From: Treponema sp.
Lineage (GTDB): Bacteria > Spirochaetota > Spirochaetia > Treponematales > Treponemataceae
Reading direction: 5' to 3'
Assembly: GCA_017548565.1 (NCBI GenBank)
Contig: JAFYZU010000010.1
Coordinates: forward strand, 80,965-144,964
Length of the DNA stretch: 64,000 nt
Part shown: positions 38,909 through 49,621 of the stretch, piece after piece
Position numbering within the stretch: position 1 is the stretch's first letter
Layout: the number at the start of each line of letters is the position of its first letter
Made by a program: the position numbers and the translations under genes
Notes under the pieces: model-generated
Seen by the model: only the letters and a program-made list of their open reading frames with translations
Databases searched by the model: none
What the model was told of the DNA's origin: nothing

Positions 38909-40162
38909 TTATTCTCCAAATTCATTCTCTATATGTATTCGATCAATATCAAACCCGGAAAGATTTTTCAATATCTCAATTACATCTGCTTTCTGAATAT
39001 TACGAGGCACATGCTGTCCATCGGTAATATACGAAATTGATTTATGCTTTTCCCAAAGAACACTTATTACATTACCAATCTGCTGTGTTTCATCAAACTT
39101 TGTGATAATTACAGAATCGTAAGCAAAAGGTTCGTAGTTCCTGAAAATATTATGAAGATCACTCGTCTTTGTCGAAGCAGCAACCGCAAGATATACATCT
39201 GCATTCATCTTAGTATCAAGAATTGTCTTCATATTGCTGATTTTAGTCGCGTCGTTCGGACTATATCCGCTTGTATCTATAAAAATATAATCAACATGCT
39301 CTTTATATTCATCATAAAGATCACGTAAATCATCAGCGCTCTCTGCTTTTAAAACATTTTTACCGAGAATATTTGCAAAAACCTCAAGCTGTTCCTGTGC
39401 ACTTACACGCATTGTATCTATTGTTATAAGACAAATTTCAGGATCCGGAAGATCATTTTTACGTGCCTCGAGAATCAGTCTTGATGCAAGCTTTGCAATG
39501 GTCGTTGTTTTACCGATACCAGTAGGTCCTACGATAACCACTACGTGCGGAGGACGGAAAACCTTTTCTTTGCTGATTTGTATTGATTCTCCGATCCAGT
39601 CTACAACCTGACGCTGTACAAGCTTATAATCATCAAGCTGTTCAAGTGAAAACTTTGAACGGATCTTTTCTTCAATCATTTTTATGTATGCATAAGAAAA
39701 TTCATTTTCAGCAAGTATTTCACTGATTTTTGAAATAGTTTCATGAGTTTCTACCGGTTGATTAGAGTCTACCTTATTATTTACCGATTTAAGCTGTTCA
39801 CTGAGTTCATCGAGCTTTTCTGCCATCTGTGCAATCTGCTGAATCTGAATGTTCTGAAGCTTATCCATATTCTGCTGAACGATTGCCTTTCTGTTTTTTT
39901 CAAGTTCCTGCTGTTCGTTTAACTTTGCACCTGTAGAAATATTGTAAGCATCTGTCTCATTCATTATTGCCTTGCGACGACCTGTTATATATTTTACAAC
40001 GATATATTCTCTTGTAGAAAGATTTAAAAATCCGCCAGGTTTGAATTCTGTACGCTGATTTATCAACTCCCAGTCTTCACCATATTCACGGCGCAGTTTC
40101 ATCTTACATTCTTCGAGGGTTCTGCCTGTAATTTCTTTAACTATCTGATTATCTTTTGTCAT
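38909..40162 (-). CDS. flhF: Flagellar SRP-type GTPase FlhF
   Basis: [14 protein letters not shown] and TKFDE; follows flhA. Confidence 0.93.
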   Translation of the reverse strand: MTKDNQIVKEITGRTLEECKMKLRREYGEDWELINQRTEFKPGGFLNLSTREYIVVKYITGRRKAIMNETDAYNISTGAKLNEQQELEKNRKAIVQQNMDKLQNIQIQQIAQMAEKLDELSEQLKSVNNKVDSNQPVETHETISKISEILAENEFSYAYIKMIEEKIRSKFSLEQLDDYKLVQRQVVDWIGESIQISKEKVFRPPHVVVIVGPTGIGKTTTIAKLASRLILEARKNDLPDPEICLITIDTMRVSAQEQLEVFANILGKNVLKAESADDLRDLYDEYKEHVDYIFIDTSGYSPNDATKISNMKTILDTKMNADVYLAVAASTKTSDLHNIFRNYEPFAYDSVIITKFDETQQIGNVISVLWEKHKSISYITDGQHVPRNIQKADVIEILKNLSGFDIDRIHIENEFGE

Positions 40163-40171
40163 CGCCAGCTG

Positions 40172-42289
40172 TTACTCCTCATATGATATTTCATCCAGAA
40201 CTTCAACTTTAATATTTCTTCCTGCCTGATAAAGCTCCAGTTCAGAAAGAATGATAATTCCAGGCATTTCATGTTCAATTGCAGAACGGACAAGAATACG
40301 GATACCACTTGGACAAAGGATAATCGGCTGATATCCCTTCTGTTCAAATTTAGCTAAAGATTCGCTTACACTTTCAATCCATTTTCTGCGTTCAACCGGA
40401 TCAAATTTAACAAGAGGTTTTGAACCATCCTGCGGATAAAAGGCTCTGTTCTGAATCTGTTCTGCCCATTTCATTGAAAGCTGCATCAAACGCAGTGTTT
40501 TATCTTCATCCGCATACTGCATGCAAATCTGAAGCCCCAATGCTTCCCTGACCTTTTCCGTTAAATCCCATGGATTTTTAGTTATACTAGAATAATTGGC
40601 AAGAGTTTCAAGAATCGTGACAATATTTCTGATTGATACCTTTTCTTGAAGAAGATTCTGTAATACTGATTCAATAAGACCGTAAGAAATTTTTGCAGTA
40701 TTGAGTACTTCATCAACAAGCACAGGATTCGTTTTCTTGACAGTTTCCATGATTGAAGAAACTTCCTGACGACCGAGCATCTTAGCCGCATTAGCCTTGA
40801 TTATTTCCGTAAGATGTGTTGCTATGATTGTAGGTGGATCTACTACTGCATAACCCGCATCCTCTGCTTCCTGTTTGTTTTCTTCAGAAACCCATATTGC
40901 ATCCATTCCGAAAGCAGGATCCTTTGTTTTTTCACCTTTAATCGGATTAACTACAGAACCAGTATTCATACACATATAATACCCAAGTCTTATGGATGCA
41001 CGACCTGCTTCAATTCCATTTATTTTAAAACTGTATTCATTCGGATCAAGCGTCATGTTATCCTGAATATGAATTTTAGGAATTACAAAACCCATATCAA
41101 GCTTTGCTTCATTTCTGATTCTCGTAATCCTTTCAAGAAGCTCAGCACCTTTTTCCTTGCTTACAAGAGGGATGAGTGCATAACCGATTTCAAGAGAAAG
41201 AGGATCTAGCATTGTAATTGAATCTGAACCCGGGACAACTTCGCCTGTCTGATTTTTTGCTGCTTCTTTTTCTTCCTGCTTCTTTGTCTGAAGCGATTCC
41301 TTTGCTTTTTTCCTGGAAAGCCTGAAGCCGACAAAAATAAAGAAAAGCCCGAACGGAATAAGAAGATACTGAGTACCGTTTCTTAAAGCAATTCCTGATA
41401 CTGCAAGAACCGCTCCGACAATTTCGTAAATATATCCGGATCTTGTAAAATCGTTTGTAATCTGTTCGCCAAGAGATTCATCAGATTTAGTACCGGTAAC
41501 GAGTAAGCCTGTAGCAAAAGAAATTACAAGTGATGGAAGCTGGGACATCAATCCGTCACCGATTGTTAATTTTGAATATGCACTTAATGCGTCGGTTGCC
41601 GAAAGATTATTTTTCCACATCCCCATTATAAATCCACCAAGCAGATTGATAACTGTAATGAAGATTCCGGCCTTTACGCTACCTGAAACAAATTTAGAAG
41701 AACCGTCCATGTTTGAATAAAAGTCTATTTCCCTTCTTGCAGCATCCTTTAGTCTCAAGGCTTCTTTATCATCAATTGCACCTGACTGAAGTCTGTTATC
41801 TATATCAAAAAACTTGGTATTCATAGAATCCAGAGAGAATCGTGCAGCAACTTCAGAAACACGGCTTGCACCCTTTGTAATAACGACAGCCTGAACAATG
41901 ACAAGGATTATAAAGATAATGAATCCGACAACAGGTTCTGAGCCTGCAACAATATTTGCAAAAGCCTGAACCATAGCACTCTGCTGATTAGAATACCCGG
42001 TAGTAACAGGACTTGTTAAAATAAGTCTTGTAGAACTTACATTTATTGCAAGTCCTATCATCGCCTGAAAAAGAATGATTCTAGGGAAGGTCTGAAAATC
42101 AGAAGCCCTGGGTGTATACAATACACTCAGTAATACTACAAACGAGAACGCAAGATTAAAAATCATGCATAAATCTATAAGTATTTTTGGAAGAGGGATG
42201 AACATTACAAAAACAATTATGATTGCACCGACGGCAATATAATTGTTATAGATAAAATTAATTACTCTTCCTCGACCTTCGTTTGCCAT
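40172..42289 (-). CDS. flhA: Flagellar export gate protein FlhA
   Basis: GASRVSEVAARFSLD, FYSNMDGSSKFV, TIGDGL and EKVSIRN; likely start at MANEG (42289). Confidence 0.96.
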   Translation of the reverse strand: MANEGRGRVINFIYNNYIAVGAIIIVFVMFIPLPKILIDLCMIFNLAFSFVVLLSVLYTPRASDFQTFPRIILFQAMIGLAINVSSTRLILTSPVTTGYSNQQSAMVQAFANIVAGSEPVVGFIIFIILVIVQAVVITKGASRVSEVAARFSLDSMNTKFFDIDNRLQSGAIDDKEALRLKDAARREIDFYSNMDGSSKFVSGSVKAGIFITVINLLGGFIMGMWKNNLSATDALSAYSKLTIGDGLMSQLPSLVISFATGLLVTGTKSDESLGEQITNDFTRSGYIYEIVGAVLAVSGIALRNGTQYLLIPFGLFFIFVGFRLSRKKAKESLQTKKQEEKEAAKNQTGEVVPGSDSITMLDPLSLEIGYALIPLVSKEKGAELLERITRIRNEAKLDMGFVIPKIHIQDNMTLDPNEYSFKINGIEAGRASIRLGYYMCMNTGSVVNPIKGEKTKDPAFGMDAIWVSEENKQEAEDAGYAVVDPPTIIATHLTEIIKANAAKMLGRQEVSSIMETVKKTNPVLVDEVLNTAKISYGLIESVLQNLLQEKVSIRNIVTILETLANYSSITKNPWDLTEKVREALGLQICMQYADEDKTLRLMQLSMKWAEQIQNRAFYPQDGSKPLVKFDPVERRKWIESVSESLAKFEQKGYQPIILCPSGIRILVRSAIEHEMPGIIILSELELYQAGRNIKVEVLDEISYEE

Positions 42290-42339
42290 AAGTCCCCACC
42301 CAAGCAATCCAATTAAAGTTTTTTAAAATTTTATATTAC

Positions 42340-42368
42340 ATTTTACACTTATTTCTTCAATTTTTCAA
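42340..42368 (-). promoter_or_regulatory. Internal sigma70-type promoter upstream of flhA
   Basis: TTGAAA (42368-42363), 17 nt, TAAAAT (42345-42340) in an AT-rich gap of about 100 nt between flhB and flhA. Confidence 0.5.
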
Positions 42369-42386
42369 CATATAAAATTTCAACTG

Positions 42387-43463
42387 TTAAAGATTACCTC
42401 CAAGTTCATCTTTTTTTATCTGAGCATAAATTTCAGCAATAATCCTGTAATATTTTTCAGGTATAACATCACCGACTTCAAGATTCGAATACAATTCCCT
42501 TGCTACCGGACGATTTTCTATTACAGGTTTATTATTTTCTTCTGCAAGCCGCCTGATATATAAAGCAGTATTATCTTCACCCTTTGCAGTCATCATAGGA
42601 GCTGAATCGGCAGCCTGCTCGTCATATTTCAAAGTTACGGCATAATGAGTCGGGTTTGCGATTACTACGTCTGCTTCTTTTACGGCACGAGGAATATTCA
42701 TTTTCAGAAGCTGCTGCTGCATGGACCTTAATTTTGATTTTACTTCAGGATCTCCTTCGAGTTCTTTATATTCCTGTTTTACTTCCTGTTTTGTCATTTT
42801 TAAAGATTCCCGGAATTCCTTGCGCTGAACAAAATAATCAGGAATTGAAATAAGAAGAAACATCATTGCAACAAAAAGTAAAATCTGAGCCGCCATAGAT
42901 GCAATTTTTCCTACTGCCTTTAAAATCTGTCCGTTATCAATAATCTGAATAAGTACAAAAATATCTTTTCTTATAAAAATATATCCGATTACGCAGATTA
43001 AAATAACTTTTATAAAATTTTTGGCAATATTAAAAAGTCCTCTTCCCGAAAACAAAGTCTTTTTAAAATATTCTCCGAAATGAGGGAGGATTTTATCAAA
43101 TTTCGGCTGAATTGGTTTCCAGCTGAAAATAAAGCCTCTTGTCTGAATTATATTTCCGGTAACTCCCGCAAGAATTCCGATTGAAGTTATCGGAAGGATT
43201 ATCTTTAAAAATGATGAAAGAAAAACTGAATACATTGTTTTATCCGAAAGATCTGCCTCTGCGCATCTCTGGAAAAAATATTTATAAATGTTCATGCATT
43301 CAGAAAAAATAAATTTTGCAAGAAAAACTAAAATCAATACTGCAAATAAAATTACAAGTGCAGCGCTTATCTCCTGACTTTTAGCGACACGGCCTTCTTT
43401 ACGGGCTTTTTCAATCCTGTACTCCGAAGGTTCTTCGGTTCTTCCTTCATCTTCTGCTGCCAA
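42387..43463 (-). CDS. flhB: Flagellar export switch protein FlhB
   Basis: RTEEP, NPTH autocleavage site, and KMTKQEVKQEYKELEGDP. Confidence 0.97.
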   Translation of the reverse strand: MAAEDEGRTEEPSEYRIEKARKEGRVAKSQEISAALVILFAVLILVFLAKFIFSECMNIYKYFFQRCAEADLSDKTMYSVFLSSFLKIILPITSIGILAGVTGNIIQTRGFIFSWKPIQPKFDKILPHFGEYFKKTLFSGRGLFNIAKNFIKVILICVIGYIFIRKDIFVLIQIIDNGQILKAVGKIASMAAQILLFVAMMFLLISIPDYFVQRKEFRESLKMTKQEVKQEYKELEGDPEVKSKLRSMQQQLLKMNIPRAVKEADVVIANPTHYAVTLKYDEQAADSAPMMTAKGEDNTALYIRRLAEENNKPVIENRPVARELYSNLEVGDVIPEKYYRIIAEIYAQIKKDELGGNL

Positions 43464-44270
43464 CTATCCGAACCTCCTTTGTAAAACTTTGAATAACTGC
43501 TCTAAATTTGCAAAACCTCCCTCGAAGGATCTCATGAAAAAATCCACGAGATTAGGAATAAGCGATAAAATAATCAGAAATGAAGTTAAAATCATTACCG
43601 GAAATCCTTCCGAAAGAAGATTCATCTGTGGTGCCGCTTTTGTAAGAAGTCCCGTACAGATTGTTATTAAAACAAGAGTTCCCATTACAGGAAGTGCGAT
43701 TATCATTGCATCTGCAAAAAGTTTTGTTAATCCTTTTAAAATAAAAGTAACAAGACGTTCATTATTTTCAACAAGATTAAAGCAGTTTAAGGTTGAAAAG
43801 CTGTTTACAAGTCCGCCCAAGAAAAGCTTCTGGAACCATTTTCCCTGAATAAAAATAAGCATTGCAATAAAATTGAAAAACTGACCCATCAAAGGATTTT
43901 CAACCTGTGACAAAGCATCATAAGTACTTGCGGCACTGAATCCCATCTGAAAAGCAGTAAACTGACCAGCCGTACTGAATGCGGCGAAAATAATCGTGAT
44001 ATAAAATCCCAGTATTACACCTATCAGGGCTTCACCGACAGCAACAAGAATAAACTCAAGAGTTGCAACACCTTCAGAATTAAGATATTTAGAATATACA
44101 TCAAGATTTACAGTTCCGAAGATAAAAAATGCCATATAACCCGCAAGTGCAATTTTTGCAATACGAGAAACTGAACGCATGGAAAAAAGAGGAAGAGTCA
44201 GAAGCATTGTAAAACATCGTATGAATACGAGAAGAAAAACTGGACCATTTAAAATAATTGAATTAATCAT
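43464..44270 (-). CDS. fliR: Flagellar export protein FliR
   Basis: AGQFTAFQMG and KAAPQMN. Confidence 0.94.
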   Translation of the reverse strand: MINSIILNGPVFLLVFIRCFTMLLTLPLFSMRSVSRIAKIALAGYMAFFIFGTVNLDVYSKYLNSEGVATLEFILVAVGEALIGVILGFYITIIFAAFSTAGQFTAFQMGFSAASTYDALSQVENPLMGQFFNFIAMLIFIQGKWFQKLFLGGLVNSFSTLNCFNLVENNERLVTFILKGLTKLFADAMIIALPVMGTLVLITICTGLLTKAAPQMNLLSEGFPVMILTSFLIILSLIPNLVDFFMRSFEGGFANLEQLFKVLQRRFG

Positions 44271-44272
44271 TT

Positions 44273-44542
44273 TTATTTAGCTATATCCGGTATTTTCTGA
44301 AATAATCTTATTGTAAATTCTCCAAGAGATGTAAACATTGTTCCCGCCAGTAAAGCAATCAGAAGAAGAATAACAAGAAGCTTAGGAAGAAATGTCAGAG
44401 TCTGCTCCTGGATGGATGTAACTGCCTGAAATATTGCGACTATTAATCCGACTATCAGAGCGACTATAAGAATCGGTGCGATGAGTGAAATTATCTGAGC
44501 GACTGATTCTCTTGTTAATGAAACTATATCACCTATTGTCAT
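44273..44542 (-). CDS. fliQ: Flagellar export protein FliQ
   Basis: QAVTSIQEQTLTFLPK. Confidence 0.96.
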   Translation of the reverse strand: MTIGDIVSLTRESVAQIISLIAPILIVALIVGLIVAIFQAVTSIQEQTLTFLPKLLVILLLIALLAGTMFTSLGEFTIRLFQKIPDIAK

Positions 44543-44550
44543 TTAAGCAC

Positions 44551-45393
44551 CTAATGAATTACAGAAGCAAAAAGCTGCTGTGTTAATAAACCCCATCCGT
44601 CGACAAGTACAAATAAAATCAACTTAAACGGCATGGATATCTGTACCGGAGGAAGCATCATCATACCCATAGACATAAGGATACTAGCGACGACCATATC
44701 TATGATTATAAACGGAATATAAAGGAATATTCCTATGTAGAACGCGACTGTAAGCTCATGAAGTATATAAGCAGGAATTAAAATATATGTAGGAACATCT
44801 GAAGGAGTTTTCGGTTTTCCAAGCTTAGCCATATTCATGAACATTCCGATATACCCTCTTTCTTTGGCAGCATCATCCTGAAGCTGTATAAACATGAATT
44901 CACGTATCGGTTTTTCTGCTTCACGTATAGCCTGCTCAAGTCCTATAGTCCCATCAGACATAGGTTTATATGCATTATCATAGATTTTAGTAAAGGTAGG
45001 CCACATGATGAAAATTGTCATAAAAAAAGCAATTCCATTTAAAACTGCAGTCGGTGGAACCTGCTGTAATGAAAGCGCACGTTTAATAAAATCAAGAACG
45101 ATTGAAAACCTTAAAAAACATGTTACGAGGATTAAAATACTTGGCGCAAGGGTTAATATAGTAAGAAGGATTAAAAGCCTTACTGAAAAAGCAACCTCAC
45201 GTCCTGTCTGCGGCTGAGTAATCTGAACAGCCACATTAGGAATCTGAACAGGATTTACGTTCTGATTCATCGTAGTTGTTCCACGAGCCGGTGAGTTCGG
45301 GAAATTGTTATTCTGCGCATTTAAAGAAAACAGAGTTCCGGTAATAATGAGGATAAAAAATAATAACTTTAATTTGTTTTTAAGGCTTTTCAT
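44551..45393 (-). CDS. fliP: Flagellar export protein FliP
   Basis: QQVPP, PAYILHEL, MGMMMLPP and PFKLILFVLVDGW. Confidence 0.97.
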   Translation of the reverse strand: MKSLKNKLKLLFFILIITGTLFSLNAQNNNFPNSPARGTTTMNQNVNPVQIPNVAVQITQPQTGREVAFSVRLLILLTILTLAPSILILVTCFLRFSIVLDFIKRALSLQQVPPTAVLNGIAFFMTIFIMWPTFTKIYDNAYKPMSDGTIGLEQAIREAEKPIREFMFIQLQDDAAKERGYIGMFMNMAKLGKPKTPSDVPTYILIPAYILHELTVAFYIGIFLYIPFIIIDMVVASILMSMGMMMLPPVQISMPFKLILFVLVDGWGLLTQQLFASVIH

Positions 45394-45396
45394 TTT

Positions 45397-46032
45397 TTAT
45401 TTATTCCTCATATTATTAACGCGGTCTTCTGCTTCTGAATAGATGTTCGAAGTTTTATTTCCTTTATTTGTAAACATCTCAAGGATTTCACCAAAATTGA
45501 GTGGTTTCTTTACTGACTGTTTTTTATCAAGATTAAGATTAAGGGCCTGAATCATTTCCTTATCTTCAATTTCAGCAATAAGGTTAATGCTTCCTTCCGT
45601 AACTCCCAGAATATATCCTTTATCGATTAAGGTAATGATTTCAACAGATTTTCCAGGTGATAAAGATAAAGATGAAACACGTCGTAAAAAATCATCATCA
45701 CTTTTGACAATATTGTTTTTCTTTTTAAAGAAGAACATCAGTGCATATATTGCACCTACTACAAGAGCAAGAAAAAGAATTATCTTGATTATTACTCCTG
45801 CCATCCCTGAAGATTTTTTATTTTCAGTTTCTGCTGTAAATGAAGGAGCAAAATAATCGGTGTTATTTTCAAAACTGTCTGAATCAGAAACAACTGAATT
45901 ATTTTCAACAACCGTATTATTGTTACCTGAAGATGAATTATCTGAAATTTCCTGAGAAAAAAGATTTAAATTAAAAGAAAGAAACAGTAAAACTGCAACA
46001 AGAGATTTTATTATTTTGACCAATTTTCCCAC
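45397..46032 (-). CDS. fliO: Flagellar protein FliO/FliZ
   Basis: TM helix followed by LSLSPGKSVEII...ILGVTEGSINLI; between fliY and fliP. Confidence 0.85.
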   Translation of the reverse strand: MGKLVKIIKSLVAVLLFLSFNLNLFSQEISDNSSSGNNNTVVENNSVVSDSDSFENNTDYFAPSFTAETENKKSSGMAGVIIKIILFLALVVGAIYALMFFFKKKNNIVKSDDDFLRRVSSLSLSPGKSVEIITLIDKGYILGVTEGSINLIAEIEDKEMIQALNLNLDKKQSVKKPLNFGEILEMFTNKGNKTSNIYSEAEDRVNNMRNK

Positions 46033-46049
46033 CCTTTTAAATTGGTTTA

Positions 46050-47231
46050 TTAATTTATATCACTTACCCTTTCCATCGGAGAAAGAATTTCAGTTACACG
46101 AACACCAAAGTTTTCGTCAATAACTACTACTTCTCCTTTAGCAATAGGTTTATGATTTACAAGGATATCAACTGGTTCACCGGCAAGCTTATCCAATTCA
46201 ATGATTGTACCCTCACCCATTCCAAGAATATCCTTGATAGATTTTTTTGTACGACCGAGTTCTACAGTCATCTCCATGAAAACATCCATAATCAAACCGA
46301 TGTTTCCCTGTTCTGAAGAACTTATTCCAGCCTGAAGATTAGGGAACTGAAGAGACTGAATATTCGGAACATTCATACCCATGTTCTGTCCCATATTAGG
46401 CATTCCCATGTTCATCTGCATGTTAGGCATTCCCATATTTTGCATTCCCATATTCATTTGCATGTTCGGCATTCCCATATTCTGCATTCCACCCTGTGCA
46501 GCATTCATTGAAGCACCCTGTAAATCCATCATATTAGACTGCATTGCAGCATCTAATGCAGGAGGATCTTCAGCCTTAGGTTTATTTCCACCAAGAGCGT
46601 TAGATATTTTTTCTGCAGGTTCTCCACCAATACATTCCCAGAGAGTATAAGCATTTGAATCCAGAGTTACAGGATAACTGATAAGAGCAAATTCTCCCTG
46701 AGGGAACATAATCATTGCTTTAGATTCATTTATACTTTCCGGTGTACTATAAGAAAGGCCCGGTAATTTACCTGTTGCATCAAGTATAGTAATCTGAGAG
46801 CTGATATATGTAGCAATTACTTCTGAAACTACAGAAAGTACCATATCATCAACTTCAGAAGCTTCTTCATTGTTCGTAAGTGCAAAAAGCTTGAGTGCAA
46901 ATTCAGATGATAAAAGATAAATATGATTTCCTTTTGCACTGTCTGAATAATCAGAGGAAACTGTTACTACAACTTCCGGAAGCTTAGACAAAACCTTATC
47001 TCTTTCAGAAAATTCAACAATCGGAGTACCAACTTTAAATGAGGCACCTGTAAATTTATTGACATTTTCTTCCAGTTTAGGCTGCAGATCTTCTGCAAAT
47101 TTAAGAAGGGTCGGAATATCAATCTGAAAACTTGGTCCGTTACCAACGTGTCCAGAGGAATTTAACCCGTCTATTGCAACTCCTGACAACAATGCGTCAA
47201 TTTCATCCTGTGAGATAGCACCATCACTCAT
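46050..47231 (-). CDS. fliY: Flagellar switch protein FliY/FliN
   Basis: ISQDEIDALL N-terminus, CheC-like middle region, and C-terminal SpoA domain (VELGRT, LDKLAGEPVDI). Confidence 0.93.
   Translation of the reverse strand: MSDGAISQDEIDALLSGVAIDGLNSSGHVGNGPSFQIDIPTLLKFAEDLQPKLEENVNKFTGASFKVGTPIVEFSERDKVLSKLPEVVVTVSSDYSDSAKGNHIYLLSSEFALKLFALTNNEEASEVDDMVLSVVSEVIATYISSQITILDATGKLPGLSYSTPESINESKAMIMFPQGEFALISYPVTLDSNAYTLWECIGGEPAEKISNALGGNKPKAEDPPALDAAMQSNMMDLQGASMNAAQGGMQNMGMPNMQMNMGMQNMGMPNMQMNMGMPNMGQNMGMNVPNIQSLQFPNLQAGISSSEQGNIGLIMDVFMEMTVELGRTKKSIKDILGMGEGTIIELDKLAGEPVDILVNHKPIAKGEVVVIDENFGVRVTEILSPMERVSDIN
46376..46494 (-). repeat. In-frame tandem repeat in the FliY linker: (GMQNMGMPNMQMNM)x2 plus partial copies
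   Basis: 42-nt unit duplicated with synonymous differences. Confidence 0.85.
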
Positions 47232-48261
47232 ATGTTTCGTCTCCTTCTACGGAAAGTTCTTCAAATTCTTCTGCATCCAGATCTTCAAGTTTACCGGTAA
47301 TTTGAACTGCCATTTTTTTACCTACAACACCAGGCTGACAATTAAATTTCTTTTTATTTCCTACACTTAAAGTTAACGGATCTCCAACTTTTATTGAATT
47401 AAGTCTTACGACATCACCTACGCGAAGGGAAAGAACATCCCTTATCGGCAGATTTATTGTTCCTATTTCAGCTACTACATCCATATCTACAGATGAAAGC
47501 TGATCTTTGATTGTTCCAAGATACTGGGTCGTTGAATTTCGTCTTACCGATGAGAACCAGAACTGTGTCGAAAGCTTAGAGCTTATCGGTTCAATAGTAA
47601 GATAAGGAATACAGAAATTCATCATTCCTTCTTCATCGCCGACTTTTGTGTCAAGTGTAACAAGAACGACCATTTCATTAGGCGGTACAATCTGTGCAAA
47701 CTGAGGATTTGTTTCAATCTGAGCAAAACGCGGACGAAGGTCAATTACCTGACTCCATGCTTCCCTCATATTTGCAAGAAGACGTACGATTACACCTTCC
47801 ATTACTTCCTGTTCAATATCGGTTAAATCACGGTTTTTACTGCTGCTTGTTGCTCCTCTTCCACCGAAAAGACGGTCAATCATACAAAAAGTAATTGCAG
47901 GGTCAATTTCAAGAACCGCATTACCTTTAAGAGGATCCATGTTGATTACTGCAAGAGTTGTAGGTGTCGGGATTGAACGGATAAACTCTTCGTATGTAAG
48001 TTCATCAACCGATGCTACATGTACATGTACCAGTGAACGAAGCTGTGCAGACAAGCTTGTAGTCGTAGAACGTGCAAAAGTTTCGTGCATGTTCGAAACT
48101 GTACGAAGCTGTTCCTTTGAGAATTTATTAGGACGTTTAAAATCATAAATTTTTATCTTTCGGGCACTATTAACCGGCTTAAAGTCATCAGCATCATTAT
48201 CACCTGAACTGATTGCAGTAAGAAGCTGGTCAATTTCGTCCTGCGATAAAACCTCGTTCAT
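47224..48261 (-). CDS. fliM: Flagellar switch protein FliM
   Basis: VLSQDEIDQLL, YDFKRP, TYEEFIRS and ETNPQF. Confidence 0.97.
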   Translation of the reverse strand: MNEVLSQDEIDQLLTAISSGDNDADDFKPVNSARKIKIYDFKRPNKFSKEQLRTVSNMHETFARSTTTSLSAQLRSLVHVHVASVDELTYEEFIRSIPTPTTLAVINMDPLKGNAVLEIDPAITFCMIDRLFGGRGATSSSKNRDLTDIEQEVMEGVIVRLLANMREAWSQVIDLRPRFAQIETNPQFAQIVPPNEMVVLVTLDTKVGDEEGMMNFCIPYLTIEPISSKLSTQFWFSSVRRNSTTQYLGTIKDQLSSVDMDVVAEIGTINLPIRDVLSLRVGDVVRLNSIKVGDPLTLSVGNKKKFNCQPGVVGKKMAVQITGKLEDLDAEEFEELSVEGDETYE

Positions 48262-48282
48262 CTACACTCCACCTTTAACTTT

Positions 48283-48837
48283 TTAATTCGGATCAACAAC
48301 ATCAAGCTGATCAAAATTAACAGCCTTAATTTTAGAAGTACTTAAAATTCTATCATTAATGGCATTTTTTATTTCAATTGCAAATTTAGTTTCATTATCT
48401 GCATTCTTTAATTCTGCTGCAGATTTTCCCCTGAAATATTTTCTTATAAAGCTTTTAATTTCAACTGCCATGCTCGAAATATCTGCCGATGCAGACTTAT
48501 CATCTTTTTTATAACCAAGATAAACAGTTACACGAACAGTTGCAGGAGGATCATCATTTGTGAAAACCTGAATTGTATCTATTGATTTATACCAGTCATA
48601 GGATTCACCTACTTCCTTGTATTCTTCTGAGTAAGTTGCAGGATTATAGTCACCTGTTTTATTATTAGTATAGATTTTTATACAAATAAGACAAATTACA
48701 ACAATAAGGATTATAGCGCAAATACCAATAATGACCCATTTTAAAACATTAGGTAAAAAAGAACCAAATCCGCCTTTTTTCGCAGGACCACCAGAAGATC
48801 CTGTATCATCAAGGTTCAATTCATCATCATCTGCCAT
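48283..48837 (-). CDS. fliL: Flagellar basal body protein FliL
   Basis: Single TM and FliL-like C-terminal domain; between motB and fliM; start at MADD (48837). Confidence 0.85.
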   Translation of the reverse strand: MADDDELNLDDTGSSGGPAKKGGFGSFLPNVLKWVIIGICAIILIVVICLICIKIYTNNKTGDYNPATYSEEYKEVGESYDWYKSIDTIQVFTNDDPPATVRVTVYLGYKKDDKSASADISSMAVEIKSFIRKYFRGKSAAELKNADNETKFAIEIKNAINDRILSTSKIKAVNFDQLDVVDPN

Positions 48838-48879
48838 TTTCCCCTCCAGCAAACAATTTAAATATAATACATAATAACA

Positions 48880-49608
48880 TTAAAAATGTCCTTCGTCTAG
48901 AATAATTATGTCAACACGTCTGTTGTATGCACGACCTTCAGCAGTATTATTTGTAAATTTCGGACGCGTATCGGCATAACCGGCTATAGAAAAGTTTTTA
49001 TCTTCTACTCCATAATCGGCAAGATAATGCAAAACATTAGCAGCTCTTGTCGAAGAAAGCTCCCAATTGCTCGGGAACGGAGAATCTTCGGCTACAGGTG
49101 TATTATCTGTATGACCTTCAATTCTGTATCTTTTATCTTTAACTTCCGGACTCGTAAAGAAATCAGAAAGCCTGAGTAACGTTTCACGGGTTTCATCTAT
49201 GTTCAGTTCTGCACTTCCTTCATCGAAATAATTATCTGCAAGAAGTGTAATTACAAGTCCCCTTTCATCGCTCGTAATGGTAATGCGGTTTGTTTTTACA
49301 TCAGGAGCAAACAGACTTACAGCCTTTTTCTTTGCAAGACTGAGAGATTTTCCTTTTTCGGTTGATGGAAGTGAATTTATATTGTTTCCAAGATCTGCAA
49401 GACGACCGTTAGACAAAGAAAGTCCGCCTGAGGTTGTATCGGTTTCCTGCATCTGAAGACTCTGGGTAATTGTTGCAAGCTGAGTAACATCTACCTCTGA
49501 AGGATTATAAAGCATAACAAAGAAACAGAGCATAAGAGTAATCATATCACCATAAGTTCCAAGCCATGCGGTAGAAGGTTTCTGTGGCTCTTTAGTTTTC
49601 TTAGCCAT
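48880..49608 (-). CDS. motB: Flagellar stator protein MotB
   Basis: WLGTYGDMITLMLCFF TM segment; OmpA-like IEGHTD, NWELSSTRA and NRRVDI. Confidence 0.96.
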   Translation of the reverse strand: MAKKTKEPQKPSTAWLGTYGDMITLMLCFFVMLYNPSEVDVTQLATITQSLQMQETDTTSGGLSLSNGRLADLGNNINSLPSTEKGKSLSLAKKKAVSLFAPDVKTNRITITSDERGLVITLLADNYFDEGSAELNIDETRETLLRLSDFFTSPEVKDKRYRIEGHTDNTPVAEDSPFPSNWELSSTRAANVLHYLADYGVEDKNFSIAGYADTRPKFTNNTAEGRAYNRRVDIIILDEGHF

Positions 49609-49621
49609 ATTTTATCCCTTA

